From an uncultured bacterium (lineage in GTDB: Bacteria > Patescibacteriota > Minisyncoccia > UBA6257 > 2-01-FULL-56-20), in NCBI GenBank assembly GCA_963844965.1, contig CAWJQC010000004.1, positions 41,609-105,608 of the forward strand: a stretch of DNA of 64,000 nucleotides, given 5' to 3'. This document shows, piece by piece, positions 53,624-62,458 of the stretch (positions within the stretch are counted from its first letter, which is position 1; each line of letters begins with the position of its first letter). Below the pieces are notes generated by a model. That model searched no databases. It saw nothing but the letters and a program-made list of their open reading frames with translations, and was not told where the DNA came from. The position numbers and the translations under genes were made by a program.

Positions 53624-56305
53624 ATGAGTGGGATAAAAATAAATCTTTCTCTCAGCGAAATCCCAGGCATCGGCCCGCGTTTTCTGGAACGGCTGGGAAA
53701 ACTCGGCATAAAAACCGTCCGTGATCTCATTTATCATTTTCCGGCCCGCTACGAGGATTTCTCCCAGATATACAAAATTTCCGACGTTGAGCCGGGGGAA
53801 CAGGTAACAATACGTGGCGTTGTTGAAGACACCAAACTGCGGCGGACTTGGAGAAAACACATGACAATCGCCGAAGCCCTGATCCGCGACGATTCCGGAA
53901 CGATACGCGCCATCTGGTTCAACCAACCATATGTTTTGAACACTCTGCGGGTCGGGCGCACGGCGAATTTCGCAGGCAAAATATCCATATCGGACGAGGA
54001 CGAAATTTATTTGAGCCACCCGGCTTATGAAATCGTCGGCAGTCGGGAGTCGGGAACGGAGAAGCAAGAAACAAAACATACAGCGCGGCTCGTCCCCATT
54101 TATCCCGAAACGCGCGGCCTCACATCCAAGGGGTTGAGATATCTGATCCAGCCAATTCTGAAAAACAGCGAACAGCTGGAGGAATGGCTGCCGCCGGAAG
54201 TTCTGCGCGAAAATAATTTTCCCGAAATAAACCTTGCGCTCAGATCCATACACTTCCCCGAAAAAACCGAGGATGCTCTTGTCGCGAAAAAACGCTTCAC
54301 TTTTGAAAACCTGTTCCTGCTGCAACTCGCCAATCTTGAACAAAAATTGAAACTCGCGCGCGAAAAAGCGCCAGTGATCAAAACCGACATAGAACACCTG
54401 AAAAAAATGATCTCGGAACTGCCATACGAACTCACGTTTTCGCAAAAGAAATCATTGTGGGAAATCATCCAGGACCTCGCCAAAAAACAGCCGATGAACC
54501 GCCTGCTCCAGGGCGACGTGGGCTCCGGCAAGACGGTTGTCGCGGCGCTCGCCGCGGTAATTACCGCGGAAAACGGGCTGCAGACCGCGTTTATGGCGCC
54601 AACCGAGGTTCTCGCGAGACAGCATTTTGAAACATTGAAAAAATTATTCGCCGGAATTCCCTCGATCCATCAACCCGTAGTTGGGCTTCTCACGTCAAGC
54701 GAAGCAAAAATCCTCTACGCGACAGACCTTGAATCAAAAATCAAAAAACCGGAGTTGCAGGAAAAAATAAAAAACGGCGAGGTAAAAATAGCCATCGGCA
54801 CGCACGCTTTGATACAAAAAGACGTGGCGTTCGGCAATCTTGCCTTTATCATCATTGACGAACAGCATAGATTCGGCGTCTCACAACGAGCTGCGCTCGT
54901 TCGCGGACAGACGCAGAATGATAATACGCGGACAGACGCTGAACAACTACTATACGAAAAAACGACGTTTGAGATAAGAAAAAGTCTGTTTGAGGTGAGA
55001 AAACAACTGGGCCTTGGTCATAAAGAAGTGGTGTATCAGAAAGCATTGGAGGAGGAGTTCAAGAAATCCGGTGTAATATTTGAGAAAGAAAAGAAAATTC
55101 CTGTCGTTTATAACAAGAAAAAGATTGGCGTTTATCAACCGGATTTTGTCATAGATAATGAAGTAATTTTGGAACTTAAGGCTCTTCCCTTTATCGGCGG
55201 CATCGAAAAAAAACAGCTGTGGAATTATTTGAGGGGTTCGGATTACAAACTCGCGCTTATGGCAAACTTTGGACCGGAAAGATTATCCATAGAGCGGGTA
55301 GTATACGATATTGCGCGGAGTCGGCGGCTGTCAGCGTCCGGTCAGCAACTGTCCGCGCCTATCCCCCACCTCCTCTCAATGTCCGCCACGCCAATCCCAC
55401 GCACGCTCATGCTCACCGTCTTCGGCGATTTGGATATATCGCTCATCACCGAACTTCCCGCCGGCAGAAAAAATATCGTAACAAAAATAATCCCCCCACG
55501 GGGCAGGAGCGAAGCCTATGAATTCATCCGCGGCGAAGTGAGGGCCAGCCGGCAGGTTTTTGTCATCTGCCCCCGCATTGACAAACCGCAGACAGGCGCA
55601 GACCACACGCAGACAAACGCAGACAAGACACAGACAGACGCAGACAATTTTCAGCGGCTGTCTGCGTCAAGTCAGCGACTGTCCGCGTTAAGTCCACGTA
55701 AGTCCGCGTTAGTGTGGGAAGTAAGATCCGTGAAAGAAGAATTTGAAAAATTATCCAAGAAAATTTTTCCGGATTTGCGCGTCGCCATGCTCCACGGCCA
55801 GCTCAAGCCAAAAGAAAAAGCGGGTATCATGAAGGACTTCCGCAACTACAAAATAGATATTCTCGTTTCAACTTCCGTCGTGGAAGTTGGCGTGGACGTG
55901 CCGAACGCAACAATAATGATGATTGAAGGCGCCGATCGCTTCGGGCTGGCTCAGATCTACCAATTCCGCGGACGCGTGGGGCGCGGCGAACACCAATCCT
56001 ATTGCTTCCTGTTCACGGATTCGTCCGCCAAAACTACGCGCGAGCGGCTGCAGGCCGTCCTTGAAGCCAAGAACGGCTTTGAGCTCGCCGAGAAGGACCT
56101 GAAGATCCGCGGTCCCGGCGAATTCCTCGGCACGGCGCAGACCGGCTTTCCCGACACGGCGATGAGCGGCCTCATGAACCCGGAGCTCGTGAAAGCAAGC
56201 CGCGAAGCGGCGGCAAAAATCGTCCAAAAAGATCCGCTTTTCAAAAATTATCCGCTCCTGAAAACCAAATTAAACGAGTTCCGGAAGGAAATCCACTTGG
56301 AGTAG
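53624..56305 (+). CDS. recG: ATP-dependent DNA helicase RecG carrying two in-frame insertions
   Basis: Wedge/OB N-terminus; motif I GDVGSGKT; motif II [11 protein letters not shown]; motif III [9 protein letters not shown]; later [15 protein letters not shown] and QFRGRVGRG. 893 aa against ~680-700 expected. The excess is accounted for by 54908-55357 and 55589-55708. Confidence 0.92.
   Translation: [893 protein letters not shown]
54908..55357 (+). other. 450-nt in-frame insertion in recG encoding a GxxExxY-family (PD-(D/E)XK-like) domain flanked by inverted word repeats
   Basis: [87 protein letters not shown] matches the GxxExxY pattern. The flanks are cgcggacagacgcagaat..tacgcggacagacgctga and the reverse-complement-like ctgtcagcgtccg..ctgtccgcgc. 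Confidence 0.75.
55589..55708 (+). repeat. 120-nt in-frame palindromic insertion in recG (solo copy of the same word-repeat arms)
   Basis: cagacaggcgcagaccacacgcagacaaacgcagacaagacacagacagacgcagaca attttca gcggctgtctgcgtcaagtcagcgactgtccgcg. It translates as [40 protein letters not shown]. Confidence 0.7.
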
Positions 56306-56571
56306 TGCCTTCGGTAAAAATGCTTTTCGGTAAAACTCGTTTTCAAACGACCGTCCGCTCATTCCGACAATCAATAGGCGGTAGCAGTGCCGCAAACGCC
56401 GTTCAGATAATTTTGAAGCGTTGCTTCCCAAGCATAATCGTTGCCAGCGGCGCAGAAGTGGGACAAGTGGCTCCACTTGTTACCTATTTCACATAAGCCT
56501 GCGTTTCCTTCCGATGCTCTGCCGGATTCTTTTGATCGGCTCTCGCTATTTTCGTGGAACTTGTTATGTCA

Positions 56572-59017
56572 CTACTGCTCCATATGACCGACAAGGGTGC
56601 ATGTATAAAAGTTACCAGTGCATTGGGATGAATTAGTAACATCCCAACAAGTTGAATAAGTCTCCAGCGCGCCACTACAAGGAGTGGTATTAGCGCATGA
56701 ACTGTTGTAGTAACGAATATAAGTCATATACTGCGGGCAGAAGTAAATCGGCGTCCCGCCTGTAACTTTAAGAGTGCCGGGAATGATGACGTTGCCGTTT
56801 GCTAGAACCTGTATAGCTGCTCCGGTTGTAGTAGCTGTACCAGTATTCGGCATACTGCCGCCAATACCGACGTTGCCGGCATAGTTGATGACTAATTTAT
56901 TTGATTCTGCCGCACTAGGATAATTTCCCACCATAAGCATGGCGCCCTGATTAACATCGCCCACATCGAGCAGCACCGCATCCGCATTGGTCGTAGCCGC
57001 GGTGCCGTAGAACGTGCCGGTATTGGTATCCCTGTTCTGCTCGAACTGGGTGCCGTAATCACCGGTGTTATACAAGAACGAATAGGTGGGATTACTAAAA
57101 TCGCTGTACATCTCAAGGCCGGGGCCGGTACCGGCAGTATTTGAATATGCATAAAATTGATAGTTGGCGGGCGCCGCCGCTCCCACCCCGATTCCGGAGG
57201 TGAATAAACCTCCTCCAGTTACCGTCAGTTTCTGGGTCGGCGCCGTATTCCCGATGCCGACGTTGCCGGAGGAATTCCAAATACCGGTGCCAGGCATCGT
57301 AACGTTGCCAGTAAAGGTCGGGCTCGCTAAAAGCGCCGCTCCGGTAACCTGCGCTACCCCGTAGTCACCAGATGCCGCCACCACGGCTCCGGTTCCGCCA
57401 AATACCGAGGTGACGCCGCCGCTCGGCCAAGCCGTGATGCAATTCGCCCCGGAGATGCAATATTGAGTGGCGTTTGCGGTAACCGTTGACGTACAGAGCG
57501 TACCCTCCGCCTGAGTTTGTGAAATACCCACCGTAGCCGCCGGAGTTGGTGGCTAATCCATAAACTCCTACGCCGTTACCTGCCGCTGACTGTCCGGCAA
57601 CCCCTACCCAGTAAGAAGCGCCGACCTGTCCGCCGAGAATCCCATTCGTTGTGGCGTTGCTATTATTTCCCGTTACCGAGCCGACCCATGATGAATTGAC
57701 GGCGCTCGTGAAACTGCCTACGCCAGCAACAACCAACGGATATGCCGGCGTCGTCGTCCCGATGCCGACGTTGCCGTTCGTGATGGAGAAATATGGACCA
57801 CCCCCCATCCCAGTGCCAAGCGCCAAATTGAGGCCATAAGATTGTGACGTCAAATCAGCGTATGTAAATGCTCCGTTGCTGGTGGTGAACTTTATCCAAT
57901 CTACGTTTGACCCGTTTGTATTGTCTAGCCGTAAGGTAGACGTACTTCCACTCTGAATATCAAGTTTTGCGACCGGCGCCGTGTTCCCGATGCCGACGTT
58001 GCCGTTGTTATTTATAAACAAGGCGGGTGACGCGCCGGATGAGTCAGAACCCTGAGTCAAAAAGGCCATTGGAGAACCGTTACTGCCGATCCGGGCCCAG
58101 TTCGCAACTGCTGCCGGTCCAAGCTGTAGCAAGGCATCGGTACCGTTAGATGTCAAGTCAAACTTGGCGAATTTTGACCCGTTCACGACATGCAACGTCG
58201 TTGCCGGCGACGCCGTCCCGATGCCGACGTTGCCGCCATATGCAAGCGTCATTATTTGGGAGTACCAACTGCTGGGGTTCTGATACCCAATCGTCAAGAC
58301 CGAATTATCTGACGCTGGTGCAAAAACATACCCATTATTACTGCCAGCCATATCGCGGAGCTTGAAGGCTCCAAAGACATCAAGTGTATTTTGTGGTGAC
58401 GGCGTCCCGATGCCGACCGAGCCCGAGAAATACCCGCCGCCGTAGACGGAGAGGGCCTGCGGCAAGTTGCTGGCGGAGGATGTGGTAACGCCCAGAGCGG
58501 AAGAAACAAACACACTGTGGGGGAACCCGTAGGGAACGCCGGAATCGGCCTCTAGAGAATTGAACACCGCGGGCGTGACATAGCCGGCGTTGACGGTCCC
58601 GTTAAAATTGCCGTGGATCGTGCCGTTCACGTCAAGCTGGTAGCCAGGCGACGCCGTCCCGATGCCGACAGAACCGTCATTGCGCACGACAAGTATGGGC
58701 GACGAATTCGGATAAAGGATCTTCAATGTGTAATTCGCGGCATCAGCGGACGAAGAAGCAACGATGAGGAGTTTGGTTTCCGGCAGAGGCGTGGGCGTAC
58801 CAACGCCCAGATTCCCAGCCGCATTAGTGCTTACCGCTCCCGAACCGAAACCGGGGGTGGGAGGAGGAGAGGCAAACGCGTAGTAGGTAGTAGGTAGTAG
58901 GTAGTAGGTAGTAGCGAGAATGACGAAAAACAAAACGTGCGGCGCAAAACTCGGACGCACACCGTAAAACTTGCGGCGGAGCTTTTGCTGTTTTTGGAAC
59001 AAATCTGCGTCCATCAT
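56572..59017 (-). CDS. large secreted tail-fibre-like repeat protein (GNVGIG repeats), split by one frameshift near 57525-57540
   Basis: About 815 aa when ORFs 57365..59017 and 56572..57531 are joined (..GGGYALYVNGY / GISQTQAEGTLCTS..). The motif NGNVGIG(T/N)(A/T)(S/A)P recurs. It has an N-terminal hydrophobic segment and a Cys-rich C-terminus. Confidence 0.6.
58880..58914. repeat. heptanucleotide tandem repeat (GTAGTAG)x5 inside the 5' coding region of the tail-fibre-like gene
   Basis: gtagtaggtagtaggtagtaggtagtaggtagtag encodes ..ATTYYLLPTTYY.. on the minus strand. An inverted partner (TACTACC x3.5) lies at 59025-59049, upstream of the ATG at 59017. Confidence 0.8.
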
Positions 59018-59186
59018 AATAATTTACTACCTACTACCTACTACCTACCGCTTTTAATTGTTTCGGGGCGACAATCTCATAGCTTTATTATATAAGAACA
59101 GGGAAAGATATGTAGAAAGGGGTGTGCATAGGCGCGAAAACTGCCCGAGCGGCGGCCGCAAATTTCCCGGCCATCCGGGATATAAA

Positions 59187-59235
59187 AAAGGCTCTCGCGA
59201 GGAATTGCGAATTGCGAATCCTCACGAGAGCCAAA
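59187..59235 (-). terminator. intrinsic terminator after the 59252..59959 gene
   Basis: The minus strand reads GGCTCTCGTGAGGAttcgcaattcgcaatTCCTCGCGAGAGCCTTTTTTAT. Confidence 0.7.
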
Positions 59236-59251
59236 CATACCGGAGGGGAAT

Positions 59252-59959
59252 CTAGTGGCCGACGATGGGTGGAAGACCGGCCTGGTAGCGGCGGTAATTC
59301 CCCATGTACCGGTCCGCCACCTGAATATTCCGCACGCCGTACCAAACGTGAACCGTGCTAAGGTAACCGGCAAAGCCGATGCTTGCGAGACGCTCGGCCC
59401 TCACCATTCTCCTGCCCCACTTATGTCCCCCCCATTTATGCTCTGTCCAGCGAGGGATAGCCGAAGAAAAGTAGGAAAAAACGACATCGAACGCCGAGGC
59501 GCTCCCTAACACCCCAGCAATATTGCGATTGCCAAATTGGGTATATAGGGAGTCCGTCTCACGGGGGCCCTGCTGGCTAGCATAACGCAAACCGTTGCTA
59601 GCGACGTACTCTGGAATAAAGGGTGGCGTAGAGAGGGAACGGAACGTGGTTATGTTGTCAAACGCAAATGGCCCGCGCTCAACACCCCACATCCAAGCCT
59701 GTGTCCTCTCAAGCTTGCTCTGGTCCCGGTTTAACTTGCCGCCAGGCCAAGCCATAACCCTAAACACCTTATCAAAGGTTGATGGCTCAACCGGTGCCGC
59801 CGAACGCAAGGGCGAGATAGCGGGTGCGAGTGCCGGTGCAGACGCGGCGGATGCCGCCACGGGCGTTGACGCTAAGGGCAGTTCGGTAAGACCGTCTGCC
59901 GGAAACGCGCGAACCGAAATGATTGTCAAGATTGTCAACAAAAGCACCAGTCGCTTCAT
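59252..59959 (-). CDS. hypothetical secreted protein
   Basis: MKRLVLLLTILTIISVRAFPA is a signal peptide, followed by an Ala/Pro-rich linker. No family recognised. Confidence 0.5.
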   Translation of the reverse strand: MKRLVLLLTILTIISVRAFPADGLTELPLASTPVAASAASAPALAPAISPLRSAAPVEPSTFDKVFRVMAWPGGKLNRDQSKLERTQAWMWGVERGPFAFDNITTFRSLSTPPFIPEYVASNGLRYASQQGPRETDSLYTQFGNRNIAGVLGSASAFDVVFSYFSSAIPRWTEHKWGGHKWGRRMVRAERLASIGFAGYLSTVHVWYGVRNIQVADRYMGNYRRYQAGLPPIVGH

Positions 59960-60178
59960 AACGACCTCCTCAAAAAGATTTAATTTAATTGCGCAAAGCA
60001 ATTTGGCTACTCCCAAGAATAACCAAATCGCTTTGCGCAAGCAATATATTCATTTTTCAAGATACTTGCCTATCTATGCTAATTATAGCACAAATAAACA
60101 ACCTGTCAACCCCCACCTTTTTCCGAAAAGGTGGGGGTCAAGTGGCCGCGGCGGCTGACCCGCTGAAGCGACGATACC

Positions 60179-60438
60179 CTACAACTCATAAATCTCATCT
60201 CGCTTGCCTATTTTGAGTATATAAATTGCGCCATTTCTAACGTCAAATACCAACCTATAATCGCCCACGCGAAATCTGAACTCCCCGCCGCGGTTGTCAG
60301 CCAAACGCTTGGCAAACCTCAACGGATTATCCTCTGACGCATAAATGCGCATCTTCTTTGCTTTGCGATGCGCACTTGAACTTCTCTCGGCAGGGATTCC
60401 AACTGCTTAGCCGCCCGCTTGGCATAGAAAATCTTCGT
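60179..60438 (-). pseudogene. decayed copy of the RelE/ParE toxin gene
   Basis: About 97% identical by eye to 62204..62458, but the start ATG is mutated to ACG (cgt at 60436-60438) and a 5-nt insertion (ctttgctttgcg versus cttcgcg) shifts the frame. Confidence 0.7.
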
Positions 60439-60614
60439 TACAATCCCAACTTCTTAAACAGCTTATCCTGCGATATAGTTTTTTTTGCCTTGATTTCTTT
60501 TCTCGCTTCGCGGACATCCAAAATATGCGCGAGGTAGCCAAGCAGGGCGCCGAAGCGAGCATCCGTTTTCCTCAAACGCTCGTATTCTTGTTTTGGTATA
60601 GTAACCGTGGTCAT
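60438..60614 (-). CDS. antitoxin (copy 1) of the RelE/ParE pair, intact
   Basis: MTTVTIPKQEYERLRKTDARFGALLGYLAHILDVREARKEIKAKKTISQDKLFKKLGL, identical in protein to copy 2. Confidence 0.6.
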   Translation of the reverse strand: MTTVTIPKQEYERLRKTDARFGALLGYLAHILDVREARKEIKAKKTISQDKLFKKLGL

Positions 60615-60737
60615 ATAAGTGCATTATAGTAAACCGGCGGCGGATATCAACCCCCACACCAAACGAGGACTTTCCGGGTCCCGCGCCGAAGGCGCATGTC
60701 CTCGTTAGGATTCTCGATAGGAATTGCCGGTGCGACA

Positions 60738-60956
60738 TTACAACAGAGAAACAAACTGCTCCGGTGCAAGTTCGGCATCACGTAGTATTTTGCGAAGCAG
60801 AGAAACATCCACTGCCTTATAGTTCGGCACCGTTACGGATTTCTTGCCGGGACAGGACAAACGAATATGGCTGCCGCGCTGGCGAACTTCGCGATAACCG
60901 AACTTTGCCAAAGCAGAAATAATCTTGCGGCCGGAGATAACAGGCAGTTTAGACAT
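60738..60956 (-). CDS. hicA: HicA-family mRNA-interferase toxin
   Basis: 72 aa; ISGRKIISALAKFGYREVRQRGSHIRL... is the YcfA/HicA pattern. It lies downstream of a HicB-like gene. Confidence 0.7.
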   Translation of the reverse strand: MSKLPVISGRKIISALAKFGYREVRQRGSHIRLSCPGKKSVTVPNYKAVDVSLLRKILRDAELAPEQFVSLL

Positions 60957-60962
60957 GACGAG

Positions 60963-61214
60963 CTATACGGCAATTGTATGTAAGCTGATTTCCTGCGGCT
61001 TGTAATCCTGCAAAATTTGCCTGGACTGCTTTTCTTCCAAAATAAGCATTATAACCTCTCGGATATTGCGGAGCGCCTCGTCAATCGTCTTGCCCTGCGC
61101 ATAACATCCTTCAAAAACAGGGCATTCAACAACATAAAACCCGCTCTCTCCTTTTTCGGCGAGGAGCGGCAATTGCCGGCCGCGGCCTATAAATTTTGCT
61201 CTTGTTCTTGCCAT
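60963..61214 (-). CDS. hicB: HicB-family antitoxin (UPF0150 fold)
   Basis: GFYVVECPVFEGCYAQGKTIDEALRNIREVIMLILEE is the typical HicB N-domain motif. Confidence 0.7.
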   Translation of the reverse strand: MARTRAKFIGRGRQLPLLAEKGESGFYVVECPVFEGCYAQGKTIDEALRNIREVIMLILEEKQSRQILQDYKPQEISLHTIAV

Positions 61215-61493
61215 AGTGAAATAATACCACAACCCTTTAGGCGGTCAAGTGAAATTGGTAGCCAAAATCGCCCTGCCACACTAAAACCCCTTTAAATTCT
61301 TCCAGCAAGCAAACTGCCCGCGCTTTTCCGCGCGGGCTTTTTTTAAATCCCCGCTGAATACCCAGCCGAGACGTGGCGGAGACGAAACAGTGAGATATCT
61401 TTCTTTCCTCGCTTCGCAAGAAATCTTGCCGTTCCTCCGCGAGCCAATATCTACGGCCCCCGGCTGGAGGGATGAAATGAAATGGACGCTCAA

Positions 61494-61688
61494 CTATTTC
61501 TGTTTAATCTCTCTAATACCGAGGTCCCGGCAGATTTTCTTTGCCAAAAATTCATTGATTTCGCTATGGCGGGGCACCGTAGACGAACGTCTGACTTTGG
61601 GGTTAAAAAAGACGCTGTGCTTGGCGCCTTCCCGAACAAAAACACACCCCTCATGCTCAATGTGGCAAATTAAAACAACTCGCTTCAT
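61494..61688 (-). CDS. hicA: HicA-family toxin (second pair)
   Basis: 64 aa; REGAKHSVFFNPKVRRSSTVPRHSEINEFLAKKICRDLGI matches the HicA pattern (GSHxxf......tvPrH.eI...l...I.k.lgi). Confidence 0.65.
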   Translation of the reverse strand: MKRVVLICHIEHEGCVFVREGAKHSVFFNPKVRRSSTVPRHSEINEFLAKKICRDLGIREIKQK

Positions 61689-61691
61689 TCA

Positions 61692-61916
61692 TCAAACTGT
61701 AAGCAGCTGCCGCGTCAACTTCTGTTTGCCGGCCTCGGCATCAGCCAGCGCCCGGTTGGTTTCCAAAATTAGCCGAAGCGCTTCTTTAAGATTTTCTTTT
61801 ACTTCCTTCACGCTTTTCCCTTGAGTATTTACCCCGGGCACTTCCTCTATCCAGCCGACATACCATTTACCGCTTTTTTTAAACACGGCTGTAAATTTGT
61901 ATTTCATGACTGCCAT
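61692..61916 (-). CDS. hicB: HicB-family antitoxin (second pair)
   Basis: MKYKFTAVFKKSGKWYVGWIEEVPGVNTQGKSVKEVKENLKEALRLILE. Confidence 0.65.
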   Translation of the reverse strand: MAVMKYKFTAVFKKSGKWYVGWIEEVPGVNTQGKSVKEVKENLKEALRLILETNRALADAEAGKQKLTRQLLTV

Positions 61917-62203
61917 ACATTTAAGATAATCCCAAAGCATGTAGCTGTCAACTCCTCTCAACTCCCGAGAAAACCCAGATGGCGAGCTTCTCCCTGCCTC
62001 GATAGGGTAGAAAAACAACTCAAACAGCCCAACGAAATTCGTTGGGCTGGATTTTTTTAACCAATGGCGTCACCCGCCGTTGAATTCCTTAATATCTTTT
62101 GGCGAACACCGTTTAAACTACCTGTCAACCCCCACCTTTTTTCCGAAAAGGCGGGGGTCAAGCGGCCGCGGCGGCTGACCCGCTGAGCTGAAGCGACGAT
62201 ACC

Positions 62204-62458
62204 CTACAACTCATAAATCTCATCTCGCTTGCCTATTTTGAGTATATAAATTGCGCCATTTCTAACGTCAAATACCAACCTATAATCGCCCACGCGAAAT
62301 CTGAACTCCCCGCCGCGGTTATCAGCCAAACGCTTGGCAAACCTCAACGGATTATCCTCTGACGCATAAAAGCGCATCTTCTTCGCGATGCGCATTTGAA
62401 CTTCTCTCGGCAGGGATTCCAACCGCTTAGCCGCCCGCTTGGCATAGAAAATCTTCAT
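62204..62458 (-). CDS. RelE/ParE-family toxin (intact copy)
   Basis: 84 aa; ...GGEFRFRVGDYRLVFDVRNGAIYILKIGKRDEIYEL is the typical RelE/ParE C-terminal pattern. Its ATG overlaps the antitoxin stop (TAATG). Confidence 0.75.
   Translation of the reverse strand: MKIFYAKRAAKRLESLPREVQMRIAKKMRFYASEDNPLRFAKRLADNRGGEFRFRVGDYRLVFDVRNGAIYILKIGKRDEIYEL

Noticed and set aside
54908-55357. The RecG insertion considered as an intein.
   Set aside because: There is no Cys/Ser/Thr at the N-terminal junction, no terminal His-Asn followed by Cys/Ser/Thr, and no Hint or LAGLIDADG/HNH blocks. The insert matches the GxxExxY pattern instead.
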